The notes below the pieces were generated by a model. That model did no database searches and was not told where the DNA came from. It saw nothing but the letters and a program-made list of their open reading frames with translations. The position numbers were made by a program, and so were the translations under genes. A stretch of 62,535 nucleotides of DNA, the filler included, from Basidioascus undulatus (lineage: Eukaryota), in assembly GCA_000826855.1 (NCBI GenBank). It is 7 parts of 7 records of this genome, joined end to end, with 100 filler letters (N's around TTAATTAATTAA, not from the genome) between each part and the next. Parts side by side here need not be neighbours in the genome. Positions count along the whole stretch, not along the records: positions 1 to 5,912 come from JTLS01001846.1; positions 6,013 to 11,918 come from JTLS01001847.1; positions 12,019 to 17,923 come from JTLS01001848.1; 4 more parts are not named here. The stretch is one strand, 5' to 3'. Position 1 is the stretch's first letter, and each line of letters begins with the position of its first letter. Of the stretch, positions 1 through 12,732 are shown piece by piece.

Positions 1-22
1 CCCCCCCCGTTACTTTCTGCTC

Positions 23-469
23 CTACGCATATTTCTCCCTGTAGGCCCTTGCTGCCACCTTGATCTTCGGTCCATCCTCCGGGACATGATGGGGCCGCGG
101 CCAGAAATCTATCTCCTCATTATGCGCCCCCACGCACGCGCGCACAGCCGCGTTCTCGTCCGCCATGCGAAGGTCGAAGAGCGCCGGTTTGAGCTCAGAA
201 GGCACGGGGCGGCAGCGCGTGGAGAGGAAGCGGGGGTGTATGCTGGTCCACTGGGCGCCAGCGGAGAGGGTGGCGTTGAGGAGGAGAGGAGAGCCGAGGA
301 GGAAGGCGACATTGAGAAGGAGCGAGGAGGGGAGGTGCGAGTGCTGCGAGTCAAGTGCGGTGCGCAGATGCGTGTACTTGAAGGGAGTGTGGCAGCCGCC
401 TGGGACTTGGAGAGCTTTGGCGAGGATAGCGCGGAGGTCCGCGGCAGACGAGGGAATGGCGTTGCGCAT
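23..469 (-). CDS. Hypothetical protein (~148 aa), possibly only a terminal exon
   Basis: Open frame from ATG at 469 (MRNAIPSSAADLRAILAKALQ...) to TAG at 23-25. Codon usage looks coding, but I recognise no motif. Confidence 0.35.
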   Translation of the reverse strand: MRNAIPSSAADLRAILAKALQVPGGCHTPFKYTHLRTALDSQHSHLPSSLLLNVAFLLGSPLLLNATLSAGAQWTSIHPRFLSTRCRPVPSELKPALFDLRMADENAAVRACVGAHNEEIDFWPRPHHVPEDGPKIKVAARAYREKYA

Positions 470-1925
470 TGGAGTTTCAGCACTTCGATCCGAGGTTCGA
501 GGGCGGAAGTCTGGGGAGGGTCGCCGTAATGGCCAACGAGGACAAGAGAATCGATGGGATCGAGTCATCGAGCTTTGTGAGCTTCTTTGCTTCTTCGTAT
601 GCGTGGTGGAAAGGAGTGAACGGCCTGCTGATAGAACGGACGGGGACTCGGGATTTGCTTGCACCGATTACTGAGTTCGTGCGTCTTTCTTCGCATTTGT
701 TATCCCCCGTTCAATACGCCCGCTCATTGAAAACCCGCTGCACCTCAAATAAATCGCTCCTGTAATTCACATTCCCACCTCCAGCACTCGTCATGCTTCA
801 TCAGCACCCTTTCGATGCACGCGACGTACTACTACCCTTCAGCCACCCTGATCGCATCGCGTGTATCAACCAACGCTCGAAAACGATCCTTACATGTCAG
901 GTCACCCCAAAGTAGAGCGGGAGCTGCAAACGTACGGAGAGCGAGGATGTGCGCTGTGCATGAACGAATACGTCGCGCCCCGACCACGCACTCTCAAGGA
1001 TCCGAACGTTCCAGTTAGGCCATTCCGCATTTAGATCATCGACGCCTGAGCGTTGGCATGGTTCTTCGCCGCCGGCAAAGATTACAAGGGTAAAGGGTAC
1101 GTGTATGCTAGGAGGCTCACCTGTGCAGGACGTCGTCAGCTGACGCTCGGGTGGTTGGTGATTTCGTCGCAGCAGTCGCTTTCCCTCGGCTGAGGCGAAG
1201 TGGGAGCTGGTGAAGGAGCGTCTCAAAGCCATGGGAATGATGTAGTGGGAAGCGGGTCTTCGTAATCTCTTCTCTGCTTCGTTGGATATCGCTGCCGTTT
1301 TGCTACGAGGATCGTTACTTGTGGATTGTGATACAGCGCATAGGCTTAAGCGTGCTACTTCAAATTCTATTGATCCCATAACATAAAAAAGGGAGAGCTA
1401 ATCCTAGGCCAAGGGTTTTAACTGTACGAATGCCAGAGCTGGACTGAGCTGCTGTGGCCCTTCTCGTTTAACGTCCTGCCACTTGCCAGCTATCTTAATC
1501 GTCTCCCCCATTCGTGACTAATAATTATTTCCCATCTATTAACGTCCATGACGTTCTTGCCAATATCTACTCTTCCATTCACCTTGGGACCCATTCACTC
1601 ATCCTATACTCACACATACGTCTGGCAGCCTGCTCCAGCCCTTGGTGGGGCAGACTGTGCACGGTCTTTTGGTTTCACTCTATTTTCTAAAGGGGTATCC
1701 AAAATTCTGTGAAACTGGCTGTCGATTGCCAGAAGACCAGGATCTCGACCCGCAGCTAGCTAACAACAGTGGGGCACTATCGGGTGCCCTTGACGTAGCA
1801 TCGGCGGACTTCGTTATGAAGGTTCCTCCAAAACATAAGAGGTTTGAGGACGTGCATTCACCTGCGGTCTGAAACACTATATGTTCGCTTAAGCGGCCAT
1901 CCGATCACGCAGCGCCCCCACAACA

Positions 1926-3144
1926 CTAAATGGCAGCAGCTGAAGCCGCCTCCATAGTGTCAGTCTGACCATCAGCCCGGTTCATTAGACCAAGGCGCAC
2001 CTTCCGCCCGGCGGCTCCGCCTTCAATATGTTCCTCCAGCGCCCATCCACCCGTCCAAGCCAGCCACACTGCAGTCCACAGCCATCTCAACCGCGCCGGA
2101 AATACCGCACGCTCCACGAGGATCCCGACTGGCTGGATGGCGAAGAAGGCGAAAGTACGCCAGGCGGTTCCTAGTGCGATGCGTGCGCCTGCGTAATGAC
2201 CGAGAGCCGAGAGCAGAAAGGGGACCGCGAGACGGACGAGCGGCCGGAGTGGGGAGGACGGCGGGAGAAGCGATGCGACGGCTTTGCCATGCAACACGAA
2301 CATCTTTGCGCAAAATTGCGTAAGAACCCGTCCCAATCCATGAGACTTGTAAGAGTGTACTTCCAATGACATGCGTACGTACCCTTCTCAGTGTTTGATG
2401 CCAAAAGCCGCCCCAGAAGTTGCCGACGCTTCTCAACTCCCTCCATCCCCCGAAGAAGTCAGGCCACTGCTCTGGCCTACTGATTTCCGACAAGACCGCA
2501 ATCATGCTGAGGGCAGTAAACCCAGTCTGTAGCCCCGCGTAGATGAGGATGCCCGCCAGCAAGCTGTGGGCGAAGCGAAACGCGAGAGGCTGCGCCGAGA
2601 GCGGCTGGGCGAGGAAGGGGAGTTTTGGATTGAGTAGGTAGGTGGATAGTATGTCGACTACGATGTAGTGCGTGATGAGTCGATATGCGCCGGTGATAAG
2701 AAAGCGGCGTCGAGAGACTGGCTGGCTGGCCTTCAGGCGACCCCAGTTCCATCCGACTCCTCGCGGTGTGCAGAGTAGAGCAAAAAGCCATTTCGCCTTT
2801 GAAGCGACGCCAGAAGTCGCCTGGCCTTTTTCCCCTTCTCGCTGGAATTCGTGCTCTGGGACCGAGAGCAGCAGGAAGTCGGACGCTCGAAGCGCAGCGA
2901 TGACGCATTCCATCCCTAGCGAGACGTCTAGTCCGGGGTCGCCGGTGGTGTACCATAGTATCGGCGGTAGCGAGGTCATTAGAACTAGGGGAAGTAAGAT
3001 CCATCGACGAATAGCGAGTACCGCCGGTGTCGGAGACGGGAGCAGTGCGAAAAAGAGCAAGACGTGTGGAAGGGCGACGAGGACGGGCGGCAGCGGTACT
3101 CGATGAGTCTCTTCAGGTATACGAAAGGGTGATGTTGGGTGCAT
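1926..3144 (-). CDS. Membrane-bound O-acyltransferase, MBOAT_2 / wax synthase (TRI7-like) family
   Basis: Motifs TPRGVGWNWG, WPDFFG, SVGNFWGGFWHQTLRR, FLLSALGH and FFAIQPVGILVE, plus several hydrophobic helices. One intron at ~2382-2305 (GTACGT...AAAG) joins TLRR to MFVLHG. The start is uncertain; 3144 is the first in-frame ATG. Confidence 0.88.
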
Positions 3145-3564
3145 GATCGGTTGAAGTGCGCGAATGGTCAGTTCAGAGGGGAATGGGATGGTGGCCAAGA
3201 AGAAGGAGAGAGATGGGAGGAGCAGGTTAAGGGGGCCGGCGCGGAACCATCGGCGCAGGGTTGAGCTTCAAACAATGCGAGGAGCTCGGCAATCAGCTTG
3301 CTCCGAGAGTCCAATGATTAGAAGTGTACTATTAGAAAGCGCTTCACTGGAGCAGTCCTGAAGTATCTGTCAACTTGCGACAGCAATAGCGGCCTCGAAG
3401 GCAGCGTCCAGAATCTCAGGGGGATCCCAAACGTGCAATCGCAACTAAAGCCAAGCTCTGAAAAAGATAGACAGGCAGGCAGCACAGTTGAAATCAGAAA
3501 GTCAAGGAGATTTGCATGACTCCACCCACCGAGAACAGCACCACAACTGTCGAAAGTCCATAAT

Positions 3565-4364
3565 CAAGCCTCGACAATAAAGACCTTCACCCGCCCCGTT
3601 ACGTCGTCCGGCTCAGCTTCATGTATCCATTTGAGGTAGAGAGAGTATACGAAGATTTCCAGCGGTGCGATGCCACGGTTCTGCACGATGTCCAGAAGCC
3701 GTTGCGCGTCAAGCCTGCTGAGTATGGGCCCGAGTATGACTGCGTTGTACGCATGTTTCGCAAAGTGCTCCTGGAGCTATATTCCGAAGATGTCTGCTAT
3801 CGACCACCTTCAGCCGTGTCCAAGCCTCTTCTAGGACAAGAACGAGCGCAACGGATACGCGCGAACCGGTCGCAAGGCCGCTCATACAGAGGGAGACCCG
3901 CCCGGATCGAGAGCGGAAGGGCCGATATTAGACGATTGATGAGGGAGCCAAGTGCTTCCGTCATCGGAGCGTTTATAGCCGGTCCTGTCGCCTTTATCCT
4001 CGAGGAAGTGGAGTCCAAGATCCGAGAGGTTGACGCATGCGGAGAAGATGGTCGCGGCCTGAGGCTGAAATGGATGCACATGATCGAGATGGAGGAACGA
4101 GCTTTGGCAGCGAGGTCCAGACGGGCGAGGACGAGCTGCGCGAAGGCCTTTGCGCCTGGTTGATCTGGAGGGCGACGTTCTCGTAATGAGAGGCGTGCTT
4201 ATTGCTTCGAAAGCGCGAGAGACGAGACGAAGAGGGATAATCTTCCGGAAGTTGGCAGCGTCGTAACCCTCGTTGGTGACCTCTGCGTAGGCCTGCTCGA
4301 GGATGGGCACGAACAGATCGCCCGGGGGCCTGGCAGCCGGGCTAGTCTGAGTGGTGGGAGCCAT
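3565..4364 (-). pseudogene. Degenerate F-box-like accessory gene
   Basis: N-terminus reads PGDLFVPILEQA...LRLVSRAFEAISTPL. The expected continuation YENVAL / AKAFAQLVLARLDLAAKARS / LHLDH...IFSACVNLSDL is split over three frames at ~4190-4090. The 3' boundary is approximate. Confidence 0.45.
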
Positions 4365-4929
4365 GAAGGGAGGCTGGAGGATACGACCCAGACAGAAAAT
4401 CGAGAAGCTCTGTGAGTGCGGTGGGTGAGGGTGAGTTGATGGTGGTATGAGGGCAAGAAGGCCGGACAGAGCACAGCCGCACCGCTTGCGACCCGATCCG
4501 TCCGGCCAGCAACCAGTCCCCAAGCTTCCTCCCACAGCTACCTATTTGTATATCTGTTAGTTTTATAGGTACCACATTTGAGCATTCGCCTGCATTTACC
4601 GCCCCGTTCTCACTCTCATTCAGAGCGAAGAGCCGCTAAATGCGCCGTGTTCCCAACCAATCCACAGCACCTCAAAACACGTCCTGACCTTCGGCCACTC
4701 TTCCAGCTGCACGAGTCGAGACGCACAGCGCGGCGCGTCAAGAGATGCTTGCGAGTGGTATATGCGCGTAGAATGTACGAACAGATACAAGCACATACAG
4801 CGGGAAGGCGCAACATGAACCGTGGAAGAAATAAGAAAGTCGAGGGGAAAACGAAAGCTGGAGGAAAAGGTGGTGGCGGTAGAGAGACAGCGAAAGGGTT
4901 GACAGAAAAGAAGACGGGAGGTAGATCAG

Positions 4930-5835
4930 ATGGTATACTGAACGACCTGGTAATCGAACCCGTACATGACCTTCTGCACCGCATTTTCGAGCTCGCCGCG
5001 GAACCGGCGCACCCGCTCGCGTACACCCGCGACTGGACGACACTCGCATGCCTCTGCCTCGTCATCTTACATATAGCTCAAAAGACTCTCTACGCTTCTG
5101 TTGCCATCTCGAGTGCCCGTCAGCTCGAAGCGTTCTCGAACGCCCTACGGAACCATCCCCCGCTCGCTTCGAACGTTCAATTGCTTGCGTGTCCGCGCTT
5201 TAAAGGAGATCACCGGAAGGAGCCATTACACCAGCTGAGCGCAATTCTCTTGCTCGTTACGGGACCCTGCAGCGTATTGCCTTCGACCGCAGGGATTTCG
5301 ATACCAGAGCCGATACGGCCTCTCTCCAGTCCGTCCGCGACGCAATTCGCGGACTGACGCTTCTCGAGGAATTCGTCTGCCCGTGCTCCATGCAGGGTGC
5401 ACTGTTGGGCAGCAATTTGCAAAAGCTCCGGCGTTACTCTGATTTATGTCCTCTCGCGTTCCCAGCGGCAACCACGCAGCGTTGGTTTTACCGCCAGGCG
5501 CGGCCTTGTCGTCTCTCACCCATCTCGTCACGAGCGAGACTCACACGCTGCTGAGGGCACCACCCTTGCCTGACAATGGGCAACAGTACCTCTTCGACTG
5601 TGGGGCTTTCGTCAGACGCAGTCCCCGCCCGGACAGCTCCATCTTCCTCGTCGACAACCTGCGCGACGAGGTCGCCGATGTCGAGGACATGCGGATGCGC
5701 TCCCGCATTTGGTGGACCCATGGCTGCACCGACGAAGTTACATTTGTTCCTGAGAAATATGTCGGAAAATGCATGATGCGCCTGGCTGACGATGGCACGC
5801 TTTGGGAGCGGCGTGGGACGTCCTTGTGTTCATGA
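4930..5835 (+). pseudogene. Degenerate F-box-like/LRR-like accessory gene
   Basis: PVHDLLHRIFELA...LACLCLV...AQKTLYASVAISSARQLEAFSNALRNHPPLASNVQLL stops at 5357. Coding-like text (LTLLEEF, LSSLTHL, DDGTLWER) continues in other frames, and there is no clear ATG. Confidence 0.45.
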
Positions 5836-5912
5836 AGAGGAGGGGCATTCGAGCTGCTTGATGTGCGGCTGCAAACTCGTTGACTGTTGGGCCATTCTCT
5901 TGTTCAATACAT

Positions 5913-6012
5913 NNNNNNNNNNNNNNNNNNNNNNNNNNNNNNNNNNNNNNNNNNNNTTAATTAATTAANNNNNNNNNNNNNNNNNNNNNNNNNNNNNNNN
6001 NNNNNNNNNNNN
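5913..6012. other. Artificial contig-join linker
   Basis: 44 N + TTAATTAATTAA + 44 N. Confidence 0.98.
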
Positions 6013-6412
6013 CAGCCGGTCAGCAATTCATGCCCTCCTTCCCCTTCTCCCCCAACATGCAGCCCGGCGGCGGCCGGCCGCCTATGCCCCCCCCTGGCCC
6101 GCCCGGCCCACCCGTGACGCAGCAGCCGGGGATGCCGCCCCACATGTTTGCGCCCGCGTACCCGTCACCGAGTCCGCAGAGTCCGTCGCCTGCTTATTAC
6201 CCTTCGCTTCAGGTTCGCTGACACGCAACATGGAAACAGTGGCGCACGTCCTCCCCTACCCTCCGCCACCTCCACAAATGCGCCCGCCCCCAACCATGGC
6301 GCCCCCTGCCGCCGCAACCCCAGTCCCCGCCCCCGCTCCCGCAGGCGCGGATGGCACCGCCCCGCCATATGCTGCAGGGGCAGGGGCGGACGGCGGCGGG
6401 CCGGGGATGTGA
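6013..6412 (+). CDS. 3' end of a proline-rich protein, 5' part cut off by the contig edge
   Basis: Pro/Gly-rich frames MPSFPFSPNMQPGGGRPPMPPP... and ...PYPPPPPQMRPPPTMAPP...GGPGM* are separated by a probable intron (~6160-6239). A G-rich 3'UTR follows. Confidence 0.55.
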
Positions 6413-9400
6413 AGAAGGCAGGAGGAGGAAGAGCTTTCGGAGAGAGTGTTGGTGGAGGAGGTAGGGTTCGGGAGGGGGAGGAAGGAAGAGAGAGGGGGGA
6501 GAAGAGGGGGAGGAGAAATGCACGAAGGAGAGGGACGGGAAGCTGTGGGTCGAAAAGCCCAGGCTTTTGGCTGACCTTCGCTGGCCACGCTGGCTGCGCT
6601 TGCATGCATGCATGCATGGCGGACTCTTGGCTCCTTGCTCCTCAGCCTGGGAGACGGTGAATGAAGGAATGCGCAGTGTGTGGAAAGAGAGCACAGGAAA
6701 GGCGAGTATGTGTGCCAGGCGAGGAAAGGAACGACCGGAAGGATCGACAGTCCGTCTCGCGTAGGGATGCTCTCGCAGCGAACTGCTGCGAGCTGCACAA
6801 TCCTCCTTTCATTCAGTCCAGAAGTCATCTTCTGTCTTTGGCCACGTCAGAGCAGCATTTTTCGTCACTACGGAAAAGAAGTGTCAATGCAGCGACAGGC
6901 CGCGCCGCTTTCCGCCGGCCCCGTGCCGAATGCGAAGTGCCTTGCTCTGGAAGACTCCGGAAGATCCGCAGCGCGTTTTCGGTTGACTGGTTAGCCGCAT
7001 GCCAGGAACCCAGTCGCTCCCTCACTTTATGCTTTGCCACCAAGGGAATTGCATGCATATTTCCGGAAAACGCTCTGCCATACTGCGACGTAATAAGCCA
7101 ATTCGTCTTGCATGTGGCCATTTCACTCATGCAGCAGCGGTAATGTCCTGTAGAAACTGCGAGATTGTGGCCGGTCTGCTCTGGACAGGAATAAACAAGA
7201 AAAATATTCTTGAGTTCATCATTACCTGTACGTTACAAATGGTAGTCAGTTCCAGTAAGAGGAGACGGGCAGGCGAGACATGGGGAAGTTCAAACCCCGC
7301 CACCACGACATCCGTTCATCTTGAGCTCAACCACATGTGTCCGGCCCATAAACCAAAGTAGCTTTTTAATCTGCAGCTAAATGAGGCATAAACACCTGAT
7401 CAATGTACGGGCGTTCCATCTTCGCTGTACAGTGGACTGTTCACGTCGCGGGGGACCGAAGAGCAAACTGCCGCTGCAGTGACATCTTTCGTGTGTGGGT
7501 TTATTCAAAATTCTGAAATATTTCCCAGCTCATGAGCTTTGTTCATGCAAAATGAGCCGGGGAAGACGTCGCGAGGTAGCCATTGCGGGCCGACGCGGCT
7601 TGAGCGGACCAACGTGCCATAGCCAACTGCCGTCCAACCCTGCGAGCGCCTGCTGCTTGCCCTCCGCTTCTTTCTTGCCTGACCACCACAGATCTACCCG
7701 AAACTCACATTGATTTTCATCGAACAATGTCTTCGCTGCATCTTCTGTCATTTCCCATCGAAGTCGTCGCTCGCATCTTCGAGTTCGCCATTTACGGCTG
7801 CGGCAAGGTGGACGCCAAGACGAGAGCATCTCTTCCCCTCATTTGCCGATATCTCTCTGTGAGCCTTACCTTCTTAATCTTCCAGAGATATCCATGCTAA
7901 GGCGGTCCCGTTCAGGATGTGGGGTGGAAGGCGTTCCTCAGCTACATCGCCCTCTCCACACTGACTTCGACCGATCTTCTGTACGACGCCCTCCTCATGT
8001 CTCAACATCGTGCCATTCCTGGAGGAGGGTACGTCCGTATCATCATCATAGACCTCGACGCCAACGTGGTTCAGCTCGGCCATGTCGTGGCTGCGTCTCT
8101 GCTTCCTGCGATTTTCATGTTCATGCCGAAGCTCGTCTCATGCACCATCACCGGGCCCCCTAAACTGGAATGACACCTTCTTTGCAGGTCCCATGCGCTG
8201 GGCGAACTTGAGCGCATCGGTACCGGACTCTTTGAATGGCAGCACTCTGCCGTTTTCAGAGATAGCAGTATGTGTGATGGTCTTCTGAGCGAGGACCCGA
8301 AACAGGAGTAGTCCGAATGGCACACGTCCTCCCAGCTAGTCAGCCATGTACATCACGCTACTTTGGGTAGTGTCTCCGAGCCCGAGTCGGTTGTCATCAG
8401 GTGTGCTTTCAACGGCCGCCATGAGGATGGAGGTTTCATGACGGATGGTCATTATCTCCAAACCGCAAAGGTGAGTGATGGAGTACATGAAGCGATGATG
8501 AACGGCAGCCTCAAGCGCAGAGTAGTGTGCATAAGTTTTCATTATACAAAATAATCTGCATGCTAGGTACACACCACCAGCGGAGATGTCAACAAGCATG
8601 CTATATAGCGCTGGCACTTTGCATGGAAGGTCAAAAACGCTCAGAGATCGTGGGCCTGTAGTCGGGCTTACTCCGGTGAAGACGTGGCTGAATGCGGCGG
8701 GGTTCATGAGGCGTCGGTCGGTGGACCTTTTCGAGTCGCTTCCCACGCAAAGTCATAGCCATCACGCTGGGTGGTGTTCTTGGGGAGCGAAGAGTGAAGG
8801 CGGGAGGAAGGTGGTGTTGTGTGTATGACCCCCAAGACTGAGATTGAAGGAGGAGGTTGGGATTCGCGGGTTTGGAACGGGGTTCGATGGACTTCGCTGC
8901 AGTTCGGGGAGATCTGCGTATGCCCGAGCGTTACGGCGGCAGGTGCGTGCGGCAACACGCGGTAGTCGGTTAGCCATTCTGTCTGCATCGTCTCGGCATC
9001 GAAACGATGTGATGGGACGGTGCGAAAGAGGCGTGAAAGCAGCGATAAGTTGTCATTGAATCTGTCTTTGCTACAAATTCTATAGCGGTCATTGGCCTGA
9101 AGGTCGAGGCTTGCAAAAAAGGTGTAGGATGCAGATCACAGATCACCGTCCGCCATGCGAGCGTTTGCGCCAAACGGGTTTGTGGGCTTGCACTAGAGGC
9201 TAGCGTGTGCGTGGCGCGGGGCTCACTGATTTCGGTGTATTCATTCCGCATAAGTGTGCTCGGATATCACTCACCGGGAAGTGGAACCTCATGGGAAACC
9301 AAATGAGGAGACGGTATACGGATGTGCCCATGTGCCGCTGCATATTCATTCGGGTGCACATGCACATGAGCCTCGGCTGCACAGACGGCGGGCGAGCGAG

Positions 9401-10241
9401 CGAAACGAAGGCGGTGAAAGGGAAGGGGCCGGTTGCACGCCGTGCGTGTGTGGCACCAGAGGCCGATTCTGGCCTAGCGCACTCTGTCGCGCACTACTCG
9501 GCCTTGCCCGCTTGATTAGACAGGCCCTTCACGCGTACGCTCCGTTTTGGCCTCTGATTTCGTATTTTGGGCTGCTCGGCTGTGGCGGGGGACTAGGAAA
9601 TACTATGGTCTGGGCGCCATGCAGGTGTATTGGGTCTGGCACGGCGTGAGGTCCTGCTGGTTGCTGCCGCCTGGTCTGGTTTGTGCGAGCGAAGACACCG
9701 CCCGCCCTTTGCTCCTCGTTCGCTCACCGCTGGCCCCTGATCAACTATCGTTCCTCTCCTTTTCACCATCACATTCTCCTCTCCGCCCATTCTTGTCCTC
9801 GTACCCCCCGCCCGCCCGCTCTCCCGGCATAGCGCTCAAGGGCCCCCCTTCCCTGATCGACACCGCCAAGCTCGCTTGCGACCGAGCCAGTCGACTCTAG
9901 CTTGCCCTCCGGGGACGCACCACCGCTCGCTCCAGACCCAGCGCAGCGTCACCGCTGATACACACTTTCGGCCTCCGCTCACACTCCCAACAGCCGTCCC
10001 ACGAACGTCCTACGCACCCGCTTAACCGCCGCCCGAGTCTCCCCAGCGACCGAAGCCTGCATGGCGCTCTCCTAGCCGTCCCCGCCCTCCCTCATCCCTC
10101 ACGCTCGTTTGACACATCTTTCACCTCTCCCCGCCCTCTTTCGACCTTCCCCAGCGCCCAAAACCGGCGAGGGGGCCGTGTCTCTCCGCCCGCCTTTGCT
10201 CGCCTCGCCTCCCCCCTCGCACCGTTGCGCCCGCCGCCGGC

Positions 10242-11918
10242 ATGGTCCATGTCTCGCTTCACCCCTTGCGCGGCAACTCCTCGAACGCATCCTGGCCCAT
10301 TTCCGGATACCTCGGCCTCACCCCCATCGTTGTCGAGGGCATCGCCCGCACCCGCTTCGACCCGGACCGCAAGCCGCTCTCGGCCTCCTGGGTGCGCGTC
10401 TACGTCCGATGTGTGGAGGCGCGCATGGCCGCGTCCAGGGTGGTCGAGCGGAACATTGTCTATGAGCGTGCGTTTTATTTTCCACAATTTGCTTGAGACA
10501 GGGTGGAACAGGAATTGAAGCTGGAGGCGAGGGTAGTCTACCAGGAGCTCTGGACGAAATCCAGCGACGCCGAGTACACGGACCTTGGCGAGATCGATGT
10601 GCCATTCCGAATTGTCATTCCGCGCAGCGCGGGCGGTCAGAGCACCTCTTATTTCAGGGACTACCGGATAACTTGGCGGGTCGAGGGAGGTGCGTGATGG
10701 CCTTTTATATCCTCCCCAGCCTTCGTCAGACTAACCAACGCCTCTCCTGCCCACCACAGTGATCGAGCACAGACCCATGGCATGGCTCGGCTCTCATCAA
10801 TCCAAAGCGTTCAAGCTCCCCTTAGTCCGCTACGATCTCCCGACGCCCCTCTACTCCACCCCGTCCTCCTCCTACTCTCACGCAAACTGGCGCGCCGCCG
10901 CGCACCGCATCAACGGCCTGTCCTGCCGACTCCTCACACCCAATACCGCTCTCGGCCCAGGCGACATCCTCGCGCTCTCGGTCCTCCTCGAGCGGCTTGA
11001 CCAGCACCTGAGCGTCAAGCGCGTGGTCGCGACCCTCGAGCGGCAGCTCATCCTGCGCGACTCGCCGCCGGCCTCGCCCGCAGGCTCGCTGCTCGGCCTG
11101 GGCGGCCTGCCGACGCCGGAGGAGGAGGAGGACCGGCTCGAGTTTTCCGGGCGATCAGAATCCACCGCTGCGCTTGTCCTCCCCCCACTCGTTCCCTCCT
11201 CGTCCTCCTCGTCCACCGGATCCGCCCCCGCCAAGACCGGCGCGATCGCCGCCTTCTTCTCGCGTCCGCTCTTCGGGCGCTCGTCCCCGTCTCAGAGCCA
11301 ACCTCGCAACCTTCCCCCCGCACCTACCCTCATCCCTCCACCGGCGCCCGAGGAGAAGCCGGACAAGATGCAGACGACGCGTGTCCTCGACATGGTTTGC
11401 AACGAGGTCGACTTTGGCGCACACGGAAGCTACGTCGCGGCCATGACGGCTGCCGTGCCCAAGCCGCGCAGCTCGCTCGCGTGGGCGCTGGGCGAGTCGC
11501 TCTCCACGAAGCTTGCATCGATCAAGTACATACTCAGGGTGACTGTGAGTTTACAGCCGCCTACTCAATTCCGCGCTCAGAAGCTCATGTGCCGCCTCCC
11601 TCCCACAGCTCGCCGTCAAAAACCACGCGACGGGTCACACCGAGGCGGTCGAGATCGACACGCGGGAGGTCCAGATCGCTTCGATTGGCGCTGAGGACCG
11701 CCGCTCAGCGCAAGAATGGGCGAACGCGCACTTTCCGCGCAAGCGCCGACTCGCACCGCCGTCGATGCCGCGCGCGGCCTCCCACTCACCCCCATCCAAG
11801 TCCCGACAGGTCTCTCCCTCACCCTCCCGCCCGCCGCTGGGCCGACCGCGCTCGACGACGCCCCTCCGCTCCGCTGCCCCGCCCGCACGCGGCTCGCTCC
11901 GCCCGCCCAGCGTCCAAC
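10242..11918 (+). CDS. Conserved basidiomycete protein with a probable arrestin-like beta-sandwich, 3' end cut off by the contig edge
   Basis: Spliced product: GYLGLTPIVVEGIARTR...VRCVEAR / ELWTK...DVPFRIVIP...STSYFRDYRITWRVE / KAFKLPLVRYDLP...GPGDILALSVLL. GT-AG introns at ~10468-10536, ~10690-10758 and ~11545-11609. Confidence 0.7.
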
Positions 11919-12018
11919 NNNNNNNNNNNNNNNNNNNNNNNNNNNNNNNNNNNNNNNNNNNNTTAATTAATTAANNNNNNNNNNNNNNNNNNNNNNNNNN
12001 NNNNNNNNNNNNNNNNNN
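11919..12018. other. Artificial contig-join linker
   Basis: N-TTAATTAATTAA-N, 100 nt. Confidence 0.98.
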
Positions 12019-12732
12019 AGCGTGAGGGAAGGGAATGGGGGGGGGGGAGGGGGGAAGTAGGGACGGACGAAGACGTAGTTGAGGTCTATCCGGAGGGAGT
12101 GGAGGGTGGCTTCGAGGGACGAGACGTCGGATGAGGAGGGCGGGGGGGAGGCGGAGAGGGATTTGAGGGTCTGCTTGATTTTGCGGAGGACTTTGGTCTT
12201 CTCTGTAAGCACCACTAGGGGGATCAGTAGTTTCGCCAGGCGAGGAGGTAAAGACTGCGCGACGGACCAAAGAACTTGACCTGTTTCCAGCAGCGTTCCG
12301 TACAGCTCTACATGTAAGCCAGGAGGGACTTGAGCTGTATATCCACGCACCTTGTGATACCTCGTCGACATCTTCCTCTCCTTATTCGCGCGCTCGCTGC
12401 GCCCGAGATCATGCTCGAGCGCCTTGAGCCTGCGCTCCGTGTCCACCCTCAACTGCGCATTCAGGCCCTCCTACCGGCCCCGTCTCTCACCCTCATCAGC
12501 CTCACACCACATATTATTTGCCTCTAAGCGCACTCACCTTCGCTAACAACCGCTTCGTCTGCCGAATGGACGCCTTGATCTTGCTCACGCCCGCGGGCGC
12601 GTTCGGGTCCTTCTGCGTTTTCTTGGGCGCGTGCTTGCGCGCGGGACGCTGCTTGGACGGTCCGGCGGAGGAGGACGAGTCGGGAGCGTCGGCGGGTTTC
12701 CTGTTGGATTTGCGGGTGCGTTCGGCGGGCAT
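12019..12732 (-). CDS. EFG1: rRNA-processing protein Efg1, 3' end cut off by the contig edge
   Basis: GVSKIKASIRQTKRLLAK / RVDTERRLKALE...KERKMSTRYHK / VKFF (13-nt exon at 12280-12268) / EKTKVLRKIKQ...LRIDLNYV, which is the Efg1 signature YHKVKFFE. Confidence 0.9.

Noticed and set aside
5957..5968. Recurring palindrome TTAATTAATTAA as a biological repeat
   Set aside because: It is always centred in 44+44 Ns, so it is a synthetic joining linker.
6601..6618. Self-complementary (TGCA)n tract
   Set aside because: An ordinary short microsatellite downstream of a gene, with no further support for function.
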